DNA of 64,000 bases from Octopus vulgaris (lineage: Eukaryota), in contig OX597828.1 of assembly GCA_951406725.2 (NCBI GenBank), forward strand, positions 10,230,001 through 10,294,000. Direction: 5' to 3'. Below, piece after piece: positions 1-15,611 of the stretch (position 1 is its first letter; each line of letters opens with the position of its first letter). Both the position numbers and the translations under genes were made by a program. The notes under the pieces were generated by a model. The model was not told where the DNA came from. It worked only from the letters and a program-made list of their open reading frames with translations, and made no database searches.

Positions 1-185
1 TTGATCGTTTTTTTCCTCTCTCCCTTTTATCCTCTTTTTTCTTCCTATTTTATTTTTCTTTTCCTTTTTTTATCTTTTTTTCCCCTTTTACGATCCCTTT
101 TTTTGGTTTGTTTTGGTTTTTTTTCGTTTTTTTACCTTGTAATTTGTTCCATCTGTGTGCAGCCCTGTGTGTCCAATAAAGAAAC
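1..185 (+). mobile_element. Probable 3' UTR/tail of a non-LTR retrotransposon (L1/Tx1-like)
   Basis: T-rich tract ending in AATAAAGAAAC and followed directly by (CTAT)n/(TA)n. This is the same layout as the Tx1-like tail at ~46300-46495. No coding part is in the window. Confidence 0.35.
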
Positions 186-191
186 TTATCC

Positions 192-253
<62 letters not shown>

Positions 254-276
254 ATATATATATATATATATATTTA

Positions 277-329
<53 letters not shown>

Positions 330-330
330 T

Positions 331-391
<61 letters not shown>
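186..391. repeat. Compound microsatellite (CTAT)n/(TA)n/(TC)n
   Basis: Directly visible. Confidence 0.95.
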
Positions 392-392
<1 letters not shown>

Positions 393-419
393 AAATATGT
401 GAGTATTTTGTTTTATATT

Positions 420-570
420 TATCACCTTGATCACCTTGATCACATTGACCGACCAGTCAGTCGGGCATCCATTTGACACCGCTGGTCACAGCGTTCTGGC
501 CACTCTGGATCACGCCTTTCTCATCCACGCGAACCCAATCGTCTTCCTGAAATCGTAACTCCGCCATCGT
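420..570 (-). mobile_element. RTE-clade LINE 3' end fragment
   Basis: The minus strand reads RWRSYDFRKTIGFAWMRKA*SRVAR, resembling the RTE ORF C-terminus (RW.D......g..W...A..R..W). It ends in a short tandem tail (GTGATCAAG)x2-3. Confidence 0.55.
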
Positions 571-582
571 AGATTGTACTTT

Positions 583-698
583 ATAATCTCTGACGAGGCC
601 TAGAGATATATACAAGTACCTCATTTTCAACTGCCTATTACCTCAATACAGGCAGCATGAGGTGCTTTTATCTATAGGCTGCAACAGCTGTAAGTTAT
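583..698 (+). ncRNA. Type I hammerhead ribozyme-like motif with extended stem II (core GAAA mutated to GCAA)
   Basis: ATAATCT-CTGACGA(590-596)-GGCCTA...TAGGCT-GCAA-CAGCTG-TA-AGTTAT. Internal stem II pairings: AGATA/TATCT, AGTACCTCAT/ATGAGGTGCT and CTGCCT/AGGCAG. Confidence 0.65.
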
Positions 699-872
699 TT
701 TAATAATTTATATTCATATTTTTGAATAATTACTCCATTCTTATTTTATATGCATAGAATAATATGATATATGTATGTATGTTATTATAATTATCATTTT
801 AATAAATAAGTTAACATTTTAACGTCATAAAGTTGATGAACCAACTATTGTGCTTCTCCATTTTGTTATTTG

Positions 873-873
<1 letters not shown>

Positions 874-946
<73 letters not shown>

Positions 947-1010
947 ATATATATATATGAATGTATATATATATATATATATATATATATGAATATATAT
1001 ATATATATAT
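874..1010. repeat. (TA)n/(TG)n microsatellite
   Basis: Directly visible. Representative of dozens of similar tracts (e.g. 1490-1730, 2920-3090, 3530-3670, 8120-8200, 8921-9054, 11430-11675, 35375-35490, 36505-36690, 40960-41035, 53240-53450, 62615-62705). Confidence 0.95.
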
Positions 1011-1674
1011 TTGCATGTATGTATATTTCTACGCATTTATATACGCATATATACATAGATATGTTTGTGCCTGCGGTATTGAGTATGTGAGCGAGCATAT
1101 ATTCCTCAGCATATTTGCGTTTTATATTATGTATTACTATATCATTCCCTACTTTCATAATCAGCAGAGAATGTGATACATATTTTCGAACAAATCGTGA
1201 CTGCACGTGTTTATGGAGGTTGTGGATATTTGAAAGCTTCCTCGCGACTTTATCAATGTATTACAGGTTGCGTTGAACAGAATTAAGTAGAATATAATGT
1301 CCCGTTACGTTGCAATTTTGCTTCGGCTGGGAATTGACGATTACTCTGAATCTGAGTTACTGACAACAATAATAGAATACACATACAGCCATTATTTACT
1401 TGTAATACAATTTTATTTATTCTATAATAACAAGCCACAGCAATTGCACACACAAACACACATACACATATGGATATATTTGTATACAGATATATATATA
1501 TATATATACACTGATACATATGTATATATATTCATGTTTGTCAGTGTGTGTGAATGTGTGCATGCGTATTTATGTATATATGTATGTATATATATATATG
1601 TATATATATATACATGTACATATATATATGTATATATATGTATGTATCTATATATATGTATATATATATATGGG

Positions 1675-1708
<34 letters not shown>

Positions 1709-2938
1709 TATATAAATATATATATATATATGTAAGAATATATGATAAAAATATTAAGGCCTACATGCATAAATGTCTATTTGAGTTTGTGCCTATATGT
1801 GGCTTCCTTGTGTGTATATATGTGCATCTGTGTATGTTTATTGTGTTTATATATGCATGTTTTGTGTCTGTGTGCGCATATGTATTTAATGGAGTTTAAG
1901 CCAGTAAAATGATCGTTCCATTAGTTATAGCAAAACTAAAATCTAGTAATGTAGTCGGGGCAGTTTTGAATTAGTAGATGTCTGTTGGATGTGATTACTG
2001 AACAGCACAGTTACAAAGCAATTAACCTCTCAATAAACCGATGAAACGAATATGTGCTTTTGAAAATTGACTAATTAACTATCTTAATGAATTAAACGGA
2101 AACTAACAATGAAAGAAAATTCACTCTAAAAATTAATGCACTTGAGTCATATTATTTAACATATAGAAATATTTTATTATTTATGAGCTGTTCATTATTT
2201 GCTCAAAAAGTTATTATTTTCACTAAGTATGTTCATAAATACTTCAAAAATAATTTTTATCTAAATATTGTAAATCTTAAATGACTATGAAATAAATGAA
2301 GCAAGCTAACTCTTCTGTGTAGCTAAAATACTTAACGCTAATGACTTTTCCAAACATTAAAGAACGGTGTTATTTATGTCACTAATTATTCTTCAAGACC
2401 ATCTTTGACTAAATTTCTGAGACATATATACATATATATTTATCAAATCCTAAACTGTGGCGACTTCACTGAAGTCTAATGATAGTTGTAGTGGAAACTG
2501 TAGACATCTTTGAAAATTTGAAGTAAATCTATAACTTTTTGTTTTTCTATTTCACGTAATGATGGAAACGTTTGTAAATGTGGCAGCCAAGAAACAAAAA
2601 TATATTAGTTGCTGTTAGTATTTTTATTTCGTCGAATTCTGAAATGACGAAGCAAGTCATATCATTAAAGATATTTCATACTTGACCATCTGGTCCCAAC
2701 AAGAGTATCAAGGATTGTATTAGAAATAGTGGTGGATTTGAGGTTGGTATAAACAGCAGGAATTGTTCTATACAGTCACTCGTAAACAATTTACACACAC
2801 ACACACACGTTAGTGTGCAAATGGAGAACCCATTGCCACTATAGTGACCTATACATATACATCAGTTTATACGTATGTGTGCGTGCACTTGCACATATGT
2901 GTGTGTATGTGCATGCATACACACACATATACATATAC

Positions 2939-3017
<79 letters not shown>

Positions 3018-3054
3018 GATATATGTATATGTATCTACATATATATATATATGT

Positions 3055-3090
<36 letters not shown>

Positions 3091-3109
3091 CGCGTATTCT
3101 GAGTAAACA

Positions 3110-3400
3110 AATTAATGTAATCCGATGGTAAACAGAATTCCGCGAATTATGTGCTTCAAAGTCAGTTGGAAGGACGGGGTCCGTGTGAGCGAGCGGTAAA
3201 TAGTTAATCAAAAGAGAAAAACAAAAAAAAGCAAAAGAAAAAACACAAACAAATAACAATAACGCGGGGAAGTGATACGCGTAGTGTATTAACATACGCT
3301 CAGAGAGTGAAAGAAAGGTAGTTTTACGGTTCGAACCAATCCCTTCTTCAAAAACAGGAGGCAGAGGCAAAATAGCCAAAGATCAAACGTCCGGTCATTT
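3110..3400 (-). mobile_element. Penelope-like pLTR fragment with degenerate minimal hammerhead (3321-3355)
   Basis: The minus strand has GTTT-TTGAAGA-AG..GTTC-GAAC-CG-TA-AAAC followed by CTGAGCGT..TAATACA. The downstream motif is shared with the copies at 18570-18760 and 48900-49150. Confidence 0.5.
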
Positions 3401-3547
3401 CAAATTGTTACTACAAGTGGATCGTTGCCGATTTTTTCCCCTCAGTCATCCTTTTCTCTTGGACTTTCCTCTGGACTTTCCTTTTCTTTCTTCCCATGAG
3501 CGTCTGTTAATACTTTGCATGTACCATATATTATATATATATACATT

Positions 3548-3672
<125 letters not shown>

Positions 3673-3790
3673 ATGTATATATAAATTTGAAATGAGGGTG
3701 AGAAATTAGATTTTAATTTAATTAACATCGATTTCACACCAGTGGTCTAGCATATAAAAAAAAATATAAAGGTTCAGTCAAATTGTATTA

Positions 3791-3848
<58 letters not shown>

Positions 3849-4409
3849 TAAATATAGAATATAATGATGTACTACTGAAGTCAACATGTGATACAGTGCT
3901 CACTATGAATATACAAGTTATGGTAGACGATGGTTGTTACTATTAGAACTCAGCATTGCCATGCTAATGATATAAGTTCAACTTATTAAACTCTGAGTAC
4001 GTATTTATATCTGTATCTGTTTCCCATTTAATATATGAGGAGAGGGTGAGGCGTGCATCTGATACAGGGAAATTGCAGAGCCTCTCTGCCGTCCCCAGCC
4101 TGCTGATAACACTTTGATATTCACTGGCCCGATGTTGTCTGGACCGTTATCCATAGAAGTATCTCGAATAAAACCAACTAAAAGTTTCCTTGCCCCGATG
4201 CTTTTAGTTAAATTCTCGCAGTATTACATCTATTTCTTTTCTCCCCGATCTCAGTAGCAAGTTAATAACAATGAAAAATAATATATAGTAATATGTAAGT
4301 GTGCAAATCAGTTTGCTTCAGGTGAGAATAAATGCAATCCCCCCCCCAAAAAAAAAATAGTATAGGTATTAGCGTAATTGGTAATTACAACGTATAAAAA
4401 ATAAATGCG

Positions 4410-4618
4410 CCCGGTTTCTCGGTTTCTATGGAGTTTGTGTTCCTCAGCTGGACGGGACGTCAGTCCATCGCAGCGTTACTTATTTTTGCCAGCTGAGCGG
4501 ACTGGAGCAACGTGAAATGAAGTGTTTTTGCTCAAGAACACAACGCATCGCCCGGTCCAGGAATCGAAACCACAATCTTACGATCATGATGCTGACACTC
4601 TAACCACTAAGCCACGCG
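4410..4618 (-). mobile_element. tRNA-derived SINE (family C)
   Basis: The minus strand head has an A-box TGGCTTAGTGG and a B-box GGTTTCGATTCC. The body is shared with 13170-13505 (GCTCAAGAACACAACGC). Confidence 0.85.
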
Positions 4619-5000
4619 GCAAAGTAGTAACTGATAAAAATAGAAATTTTGACGTAGCCTGCGCACACACACGCTCTCTCTCTCTCTCTCCCTCCCCCTC
4701 TTTCTTTCCCTCTCCCTCTTTCTATATATCTCTCTCTCACACATACACTCACATACTCCCACACTCATTTATTACGATATGGACTATGGCATGCACAATG
4801 ATAAGACACATTTTCCTGGGGAAAGTAAGATGTTGCGTTTGAGGCAGAGAAGCGGCAGATTCTACATTACCGAATGTCTCTGCTCTTTTCATTTGTTGCT
4901 ACGTCTTCCGTATGTCTATTTTATCTATCTCTGACCTTAGTAACTCTTCCTATACCTTATTATCAGCATTTTACTATTATGCAATAGACGATTTCCTAAG

Positions 5001-5439
5001 GGATCCTTTCGATTTGAACGGCAGTTTTTTTCTAGCGGTGTGATATGAAATTGTCACCCATAATTATGACCCTAGTATCGATCTATTGCATTTCAATCTG
5101 TTTTAGGGTTAGGGTTATTTAAGGTTAGGGTAAGGGTTAGGGGTGGATGGAAGGGTATCGTTTTTTCTTCAGAAATGTAAATAAACCCAATCTGTTTCTT
5201 AAACGAGGGACATGTTCGTACGTCACAGAATGTTTTCGCCTCAATAGACGTCATTGATTTGTTGAAATTGCAGAAATTGAAGAAAAAACAACAAATAGGT
5301 AACAAACTATAGAATTTTCTCAATAAAGCCAAGAGATAAAGATGTTTTATAGACACATTCTACCAGTATACGAAGTTTAAAAGTGTTTAGTTACGTGGAA
5401 ATTATTTTTAAAAACTGCTGTTCAAACCGAAAAAAAACA
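5001..5439 (+). mobile_element. Non-autonomous TIR element (MITE) with internal (TTAGGG)n, copy 1
   Basis: TIRs GGATCCTTTCGATTTGAACGGCAGTTTT / AAAACTGCTGTTCAAACCGAAAA. Flanks TTCCTAAG (4993-5000) and TTGCTAAG (5440-5447) form a near 8-bp TSD. Confidence 0.9.
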
Positions 5440-6434
5440 TTGCTAAGCTTTCTCCCAATTAACCGTTTGTTCCGGAACAGTCATCTCCCTTACACTTACC
5501 AAAGAAATATACCTCTGCTATACAATCAAATTCTCATCTCTACTGAACACGTTATTTTATACAGCTCATAATTACCCATCCAAATGTCCTATCTGAGTCA
5601 CTTTAATGAAGCATCGTCCTTCTTTCTTATAATTCGTTGACTGTAAAAGAAAATACAGCTGGAGGACTGTTGACGGTCGATTTGGACAATTACGCTTGAT
5701 CTCATGCTACTACACTATATCTATGTCAACCTTACACACTTATTACAGTAATTCCTACGTTATATTTGGTCACACAGGCAGCAGAAAGTATTCACATCAC
5801 AGAAATATTCTAGAGATTATTTGCATGTTCATTCATACTGAAAACAGTTAGAATAATACAAGAACTCATTGAACGCATGTATGTGTGTAAATTGAGAAAT
5901 GAACGGTGATTGCAAAAGCACAGGAAATACATATATGAAATACAACACACATGTAGATGCAATGAAAACAGTTTATGACACCGGGTATACATCCCTGGCA
6001 GTAGTACTGACATTTGAGAAAACTTTTCTACTGAATAACCAGTCACCAAGTGTAGTGTATAACAGAGATAATTTGATCATTTCCTGAAGTAACCTACACT
6101 AGTGGAACCTGCTGGGATAGAGAAATCTAGGAAATATCTAGCATCGATTCCTTTATTCTTCTCCAATCATGGTTGCTGTTTCAGTCACAGATTTTAAAAA
6201 CATAAAACAAGGCTCCATAGAAGGGCAATAGCAAATTTTTTAAGGATATTTTTTGCATATGCAGAGCGCACTTTAATTTTATTCTGCAGAAGTGTAGAAG
6301 AATATATGTCTCAAAACGAGGGAACAATATAATAGAATATTTCATCAAAAATGATAGTTTAACTGCTTCTGCAGAAACTGATGCTAGCGGGAATGCTATT
6401 CATTGTAAACAGCTTCAAAAAGAAAAAAATTAAA

Positions 6435-6846
6435 GTAGTTTTTTTCTAGCGGTGTCATATGAAATTGTCACCCATAATTATGACCCTAGTATCGATCTAT
6501 TGCATTTCAATCTGTTTTAGGGTTAGGGTTAGTTAGGATTAGTTAGGGTTAGGGTTAGGGTTAGGGGTGGGGGAAGGGTATCTTTTTTTCTTCACAAATG
6601 TAAATAAACTCAACCTGTTTCATACGGTACAGAATGTTTTTTTTACCTCAATAGACGTAATTGATTGGTTGAAATTGCAGAAATTGAAGGAAAAATACAA
6701 CAAATATCTTACAAACTATAGAATTCTCTCAAAAAAGCCAAGAGAAAAAGATGTTTTATAAACACATTCTACCAGTATACGAAGTTTAAATTTTTTTAGT
6801 TACCTACAAATTATGTTAAAAACTGGCGTTCAAACCGAAAAGATCC
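6435..6846 (+). mobile_element. Same MITE family, copy 2 (left TIR truncated)
   Basis: High identity to 5020-5430. The right end is AACTGGCGTTCAAACCGAAAAGATCC, and the (TTAGGG)n is at 6516-6566. Confidence 0.9.
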
Positions 6847-8118
6847 ACTTGGTGTGTTCATTTTATTTGTAGCAACGTCAAATATTTACGAAACAGACTG
6901 AAAGAATTGTGAAGATAGTAGATCTATTCAATAGAAGGATGATGGTCTGAGTTGTAATCAAAAGGCAGAATTATCAGTCCTTTAACATAAAATTTTGAGA
7001 CAAATTTACTTAGTTCCTTGTGCTCTGTAATATTTTCTTCATTTGTAAGGAGTCACTTTTATGGAGAACGACTGAAAGTGGGACACGAGTCGTATAAAAT
7101 TACGATTCTATAGAAAGCTTAGAAAGAAGGTAGTTCGATACAAAAGTATCCCAGATTCCATGAAATCTATCCTCGTCTACCAAGAAATCTCTACTCCCAC
7201 TTCACTGAGGCGATGCTAAACATGTCATATTCAGATTTACGATGTCTCAAAAAACACAATTCCGTTACCTTCACCAATATTATCAGCATCAAATTCAAAC
7301 TATAATGGCATCGAATGAAATATTAGGATAACATTTATTATCAGCATTCAACCTCACAGTTTCCGTTTTGAAGGGGAATTAAATAAACAGTTTGAAGACG
7401 AACAGTAATACACGAAGAGGGAAAAGCACAACGTTTAGGTTGGTGTACTCAGTTTTAGAGACATTATACTATACAGACGAAGTGCACGTAGAACAAAAGA
7501 GGAGAGCGAAAAATGATGTGTGCAAAGCGAGAAAGTTATTAAATATCATACATCAAAGTAGTAAATACCATACGACAAATATTATTCAAGTATTTAAATT
7601 AAGTTTGCTTCCATGGAAGACAGAAAAGCTGATTACCAGCATATGGGAACGATTCCAGATGAGCGTCAAATATGAAGCGTCAAAAATTTTCTAAAAATCA
7701 TGCACATATGCACAGGCGTGGCAGTATGGTTTCGGGTACATATCAGTGCGTTGCAACTTGGTCATGGATCTTCTGCTATGGCCTCGGACTATTTACATGC
7801 ATGCATACACACGCACACACACATGCTACACACACAAACACACACACACACATACTCACACATATATATATATATATAAATACGTGTGTGTGTTTATTTA
7901 TTCCCACTATCACTTCACAGCAGGTTTTATGCTTTTCTCTCCTCTTGATATAGCGGTTCAGCAACACAGACTGATAGATTAAGTAACAAGCTTTACGAAA
8001 GTACTGGAGTCTATGTATCTGTCTATCTATCTAACTATCATTCTATCTATCCCTCCTTTCTCTATTTCTCTTTCTCTCCCTCTCTTTCTGTAAATGTACA
8101 TATACACTTATACATACA

Positions 8119-10797
<2,679 letters not shown>

Positions 10798-10897
10798 TAT
10801 TATATATATATACGTGTTGATCTATATATAATTCAGCACTTCTTTGTTGTCTGCACATTTTAAATATTTCCTCATGCATAGGCGCGTGGATACGCTG

Positions 10898-10964
<67 letters not shown>

Positions 10965-11429
10965 CATACATGCATATATATATATACACATATATACATT
11001 CACGTATATATAGATACATGCATATATATATATAAATACAAATATATGTATGTACATATACTTATGTATGTAAGTCTGTGTGTGTCTATGTGTCTGTGTG
11101 CGTGTGTGAATGTATGCATGTTTGTATATGAGTATGTATCTTGCAAAATGAAGTGCATTATTTTCCAAGTAACTTATACTATGGTAGTGTATTATTATAA
11201 CTGAAACTCACAGCAAGAGTGAAAATAGCCATTTAAGATCACATTCTTTTGACAGCGCATAGTAGAACAAATAGCAAACAAGCATTTATTTCCTATTTCA
11301 CATATCATGCACTCACAATTGATTTTCGAACTTTTCTGCTGATTCTACAATTCCAGACGGAATGGAATTGTGTCTGTAATGAGGGCATCAGAACGATCTA
11401 CTTGCATTCATCATTCAATGCTATAGAGC

Positions 11430-11481
<52 letters not shown>

Positions 11482-11590
11482 CTTTGTGTGTGCGTGAGAC
11501 TGATATTTTTATTCTTTATAACTATATATGTATGCGTCTGTATGTATCTCTGCGCATGTGCGTGTCTCTATGCAAGTATCGATATATATC

Positions 11591-11677
<87 letters not shown>

Positions 11678-13169
11678 CTTCATGCAGATACATAGATACG
11701 TGTATGGCATGCATACATGCATTGGTACATAAGTGCATGGAGATATACATCAACCAACTACATTATTAGTCGATCCACATGCTTAAATGTAGTCTATAAG
11801 AGCATGGAAGAGATACATAGCATTACTGTTGCCATACAACAATATGGTGACCTTAAGTTGTCGTGAGCATCTCCGGTGTTTTGTGTCGCTAAGATCTTTG
11901 CTAAAATCTCATTGATATATCTATCTGACTTTGATGACAATCGTTTAATGAATGAAGATCATTTTAGTAATTGATTTTCATAAAGAAATTTGAAAATCTA
12001 TAAGGAACAAATTCCAACGACAGATTTGTATGTATGTATGTATGTATGTATGTATGTATGTATGTATGTATGTATGTTTGTATATATGGTTGGATGGATG
12101 AATGGATGGATAGATGGATGGATGGATGCATCCATATACAAATTATTTTCCTATATTCCAATTTCAATGTCTACTTTATTTTATTGTAATATTTCGGAAC
12201 GGACATTTTCTGGGTTTGACTTGTGTGGTTTCAGAGATTAGTTTATTTGAGTTAGATGTTATTTACAGTAATAATGAAACAAAATAGACATATATATATA
12301 TATATATATATACATAAATATATGTGGGTATATATATGTCTATATAGATATATGTGTATATGTGTGTATATATACATGTGTGTGTGTGTGTTTGTTTGTA
12401 CATAAGCATACGTATACATGAAACCCACACGAACAAATACGGTAGCGATATTTTAAGACGATTACTTACAGACCTGGATGTTCTTCAGGAAATACGTTAT
12501 AATGTAAGAGAAACTTATGCCGGATGCGATTTATATGCAAAAGTATACACGTAGAATATATAAAACCATATATATATATGTATTATATACTCACAAACAC
12601 ACATAATAAATAAAAAATATGTATGTATCATATACTTACAAACACACGTATAATATACGTACATATACACAAATATATATACATACATGTTTACATACAA
12701 ACAAACAGATGGACAAGTAAATAAAGCCTACATTTAACAACTCCCATGTATATATTCTGCATTACTTATTCTCCAGCACATTTAAAATCAGGTTATAATA
12801 CTTCTTTCGTACGAAAAATCGACGTTTTGCTTCTCTGTCCGTTTCTTGTTTATCAGATGTCTTACGCAGATGTCTTTATCTTCTTGTTTATCAGATGTCT
12901 TTAACATGCCTTACGCAGTTAAAATTATAAATATCTTTAGTCCAACTGAAGTTGATGAGGGGAACAGTTGCTTAAGGTTCTCAAAGTTCTGCGAGGTATT
13001 ATATGATAAATGTTCAATATATTCTACACAGGTTTTAGTTTCCTTTGCATTTCTCCCCATCCACGCATCGACTCTTCCTTGAGCATCTGTATATATTTCG
13101 TGCTTAAGTATCACGATTATATGAAGTATAAATGCACTGCATTGATACATGATCGTCTATAGACTATGG

Positions 13170-13505
13170 TATTGAGACCCCCTTCGGTCATGACTGACCG
13201 TGGGATTGCACCTGGAAAGTTACCCTCCCAGGCACAAGTCCGGGCAAAGTTTTCTTATGGAAGACCAGCAATCACCCATGCATATCAGCCTCCCTTCTCC
13301 ACGCCACCAGAGTTATCCAAGGGGTAGGCAATATCAGATACAGCTTAGCACCTGTGACGTCGAAACACATTTCTATAGCTGAACTAGAGCCACGTGAAAT
13401 AAAGCGTCTTGCTCAAGAACACAACACGCAGCCCAGTCCAGGATTCGAGCTCACAACCTCCCGATCATAAGCTCGACGCTCTAACCACTGAGCCATGCGT
13501 CTTCA
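13170..13505 (-). mobile_element. tRNA-derived SINE (family C)
   Basis: Head GCATGGCTCAGTGGTTAGAGCG...GAGCTCGAATCC (A/B boxes). Homologous to 4410-4618. Confidence 0.85.
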
Positions 13506-13525
13506 CTTGGTATATATGTATATAT

Positions 13526-13579
<54 letters not shown>

Positions 13580-14749
13580 CAATATATACACATGTATATA
13601 TACCATATATACATATATAACATATATATCATATATACATATATATTCACTTGGTATGTATGTATATAGACTATGGTATATATATATGTGTGTGTATGTG
13701 TACGTGTGTGCGTGTATGTGTATATATGTGTGTATGTGTGTGGGCGTGTGTGTACGTATGTATGTATCTATGTACTTATGCATAGCTGGGTAAATAGAAA
13801 GACTGATAGGAACGAAGAGAGGGAAAAGTCCAATAGATGTGTGTATGTGTGTGTGTTTGTTTTTTCCTTTGTGCTTTATTTATGTTCTCCTTTAGAGATT
13901 CCAAACCTGTCGCTAACAAAGCGACAAGACTTTGTTGAGTTAACAGAGTTCCCGGTGCTTATAAATAAGCGGTTGTTTTAGTGTGTTGGTTGAGCTATCG
14001 ATGCACTCACCCAAGTGTGTGCATCTATTCACCTAATGAAACTCAGATGGAGAATCTTTCTACGTATTTATACACGTATATATGTATGTATGCACGCATG
14101 TATGCATGTATGTATCGATGTATATATGTATGTACGTGTGTATTTATGCATGCATCCACACACAAACAAAAACTACCTTGCACTAGGTCAATATTAAATA
14201 AAGGTGTGTTGCTACCCCTTGTTTTTAAATAGATTATATCTTCAAAGTTTTTCAATCTAGACTAAAATAAGCATTGCTATAGAAAACGTAGATCTAAAAA
14301 GTAGGGACATTTTGAAGTAAATAATTACCTAGTCTTCATAATTGAAGATCAGGAAAATGAACGAACTTGAAAGGAAACTTTAATAGAAGCGTATTCTTAA
14401 AACATTTCTTCTGATTTATCACTTCTGTAGTGCAAATCAGCTGTAGGGCCCCACCGGTATGTCTTCTTTTTCGTTAAGACAATATGTTCGCTACTAGAAA
14501 GCTCCCACGTTTTCTTACTCTTTGATCAAAATTACATTATGAAATCTTACTAAAGCGGAATATGTGATCTTTTCGATATTTTTTTTTTCTTTACAATTCT
14601 TAGATTATTTTCGTCTGCGCATGTCTATTTCTTCTTGCTCTATATGTTCTTTTTATTTGCTTATATGTATTCCTTACTCTTCTTCTTGTTCGTCTCCCAA
14701 TTCTTTTACTTGTACCGCTCACTCTTATTCACTTTTTTGCCGTTCTTTT

Positions 14750-15135
14750 TATTTTCATCACCACCATCACCATCATCATCGTCGTCGTCGTCGTCATCAT
14801 CATCAACATCATCCTCTACTTCCTCTTTTTCTTCTTCTTCTTCTTCTTCTTCTTCTTCTTCTTCTTCTTCTTCTTCTTCTTCTTCTTCTTCTTTCTTTCT
14901 TTCTTCCTTTTCTTCTCTTTCTTCCTCTCCTGCATCACCATCTTTTCTTCTCGCTTCCTCCTATTTTCTTTCTTTTCTCCTACTTTATCGTTTCTTTTTA
15001 TTATTCGTCTCATTCTTCTTCTTCTTCTTCTTCTTCTTCTTCTTCTTCTTCTTCTTCTTCTTCTTCTTCTTCTTCTTCTTCTTCTCCTCCTCCTTCTTGT
15101 CGTCGTCGTCGTCATCATCATCATCACCATCATTA
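14750..15135. repeat. Compound trinucleotide repeats (CAT/CGT/CTT)n
   Basis: Directly visible. This is the source of the poly-S/L/H/R pseudo-ORFs. Confidence 0.95.
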
Positions 15136-15324
15136 TTTCGCCGGTATAATTTCTTGCATTCTCGCCTAGCACTGCTGAGCGCAGCTCGTTGCGTCTACGT
15201 TAAGTAAAGGATTTTGTTTACATCTTCTATTTCTTGAATTAATGATTTATCAGGCCTAGTACTCTCTGTTCTATGTATGCATATTTTCGTACGTTCTACG
15301 TTGATAGCCTTATACATTTAGTCA

Positions 15325-15495
15325 CGCATAAGTTTGCGTGGTCAAATAGTCACCCTTTGCAACAAAGAGGTTTCGAGTTCAGTCTCACTGAACGGCAACT
15401 TTGGCAATATTTTTTCAACTATATTACGTCTTATACCGATGCCTCGTCTGTGAATTTGGCATTCAGAACATATATGGAAATGCTAGGTTGCGTAT
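15325..15495 (+). mobile_element. Degenerate SINE (family A)
   Basis: GGTTTCGAGTTCAGTCTCACTG...GCCTCGTCTGTGAATTTGG resembles 39177-39330. Confidence 0.5.
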
Positions 15496-15576
15496 ACATG
15501 TAAATATATATTTATATGCGTCTGTGTGTATGTGTGTGTGTGTGTGTAGTGTGTCTAGGGAGAGCCAATATGCCGG

Positions 15577-15611
<35 letters not shown>

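Noticed and set aside
4555-4618. tRNA gene (also 13435-13505, 39177-39240)
   Set aside because: A/B boxes are present but continue into repeated SINE bodies, and no proper cloverleaf or acceptor stem was seen.
5810-6087. Possible decayed zinc-finger or other coding remnant
   Set aside because: Cys/His spacing does not fit C2H2, and the frames are interrupted.
6516-6570. Telomere or chromosome-fusion relic
   Set aside because: The TTAGGG repeats are an internal part of a TIR element repeated four times.
10798-10999. N-terminal ~67 aa of the 507-aa RT ORF as a host fusion
   Set aside because: Read-through into flanking (TA)/(TG) repeats beyond the 5' truncation point.
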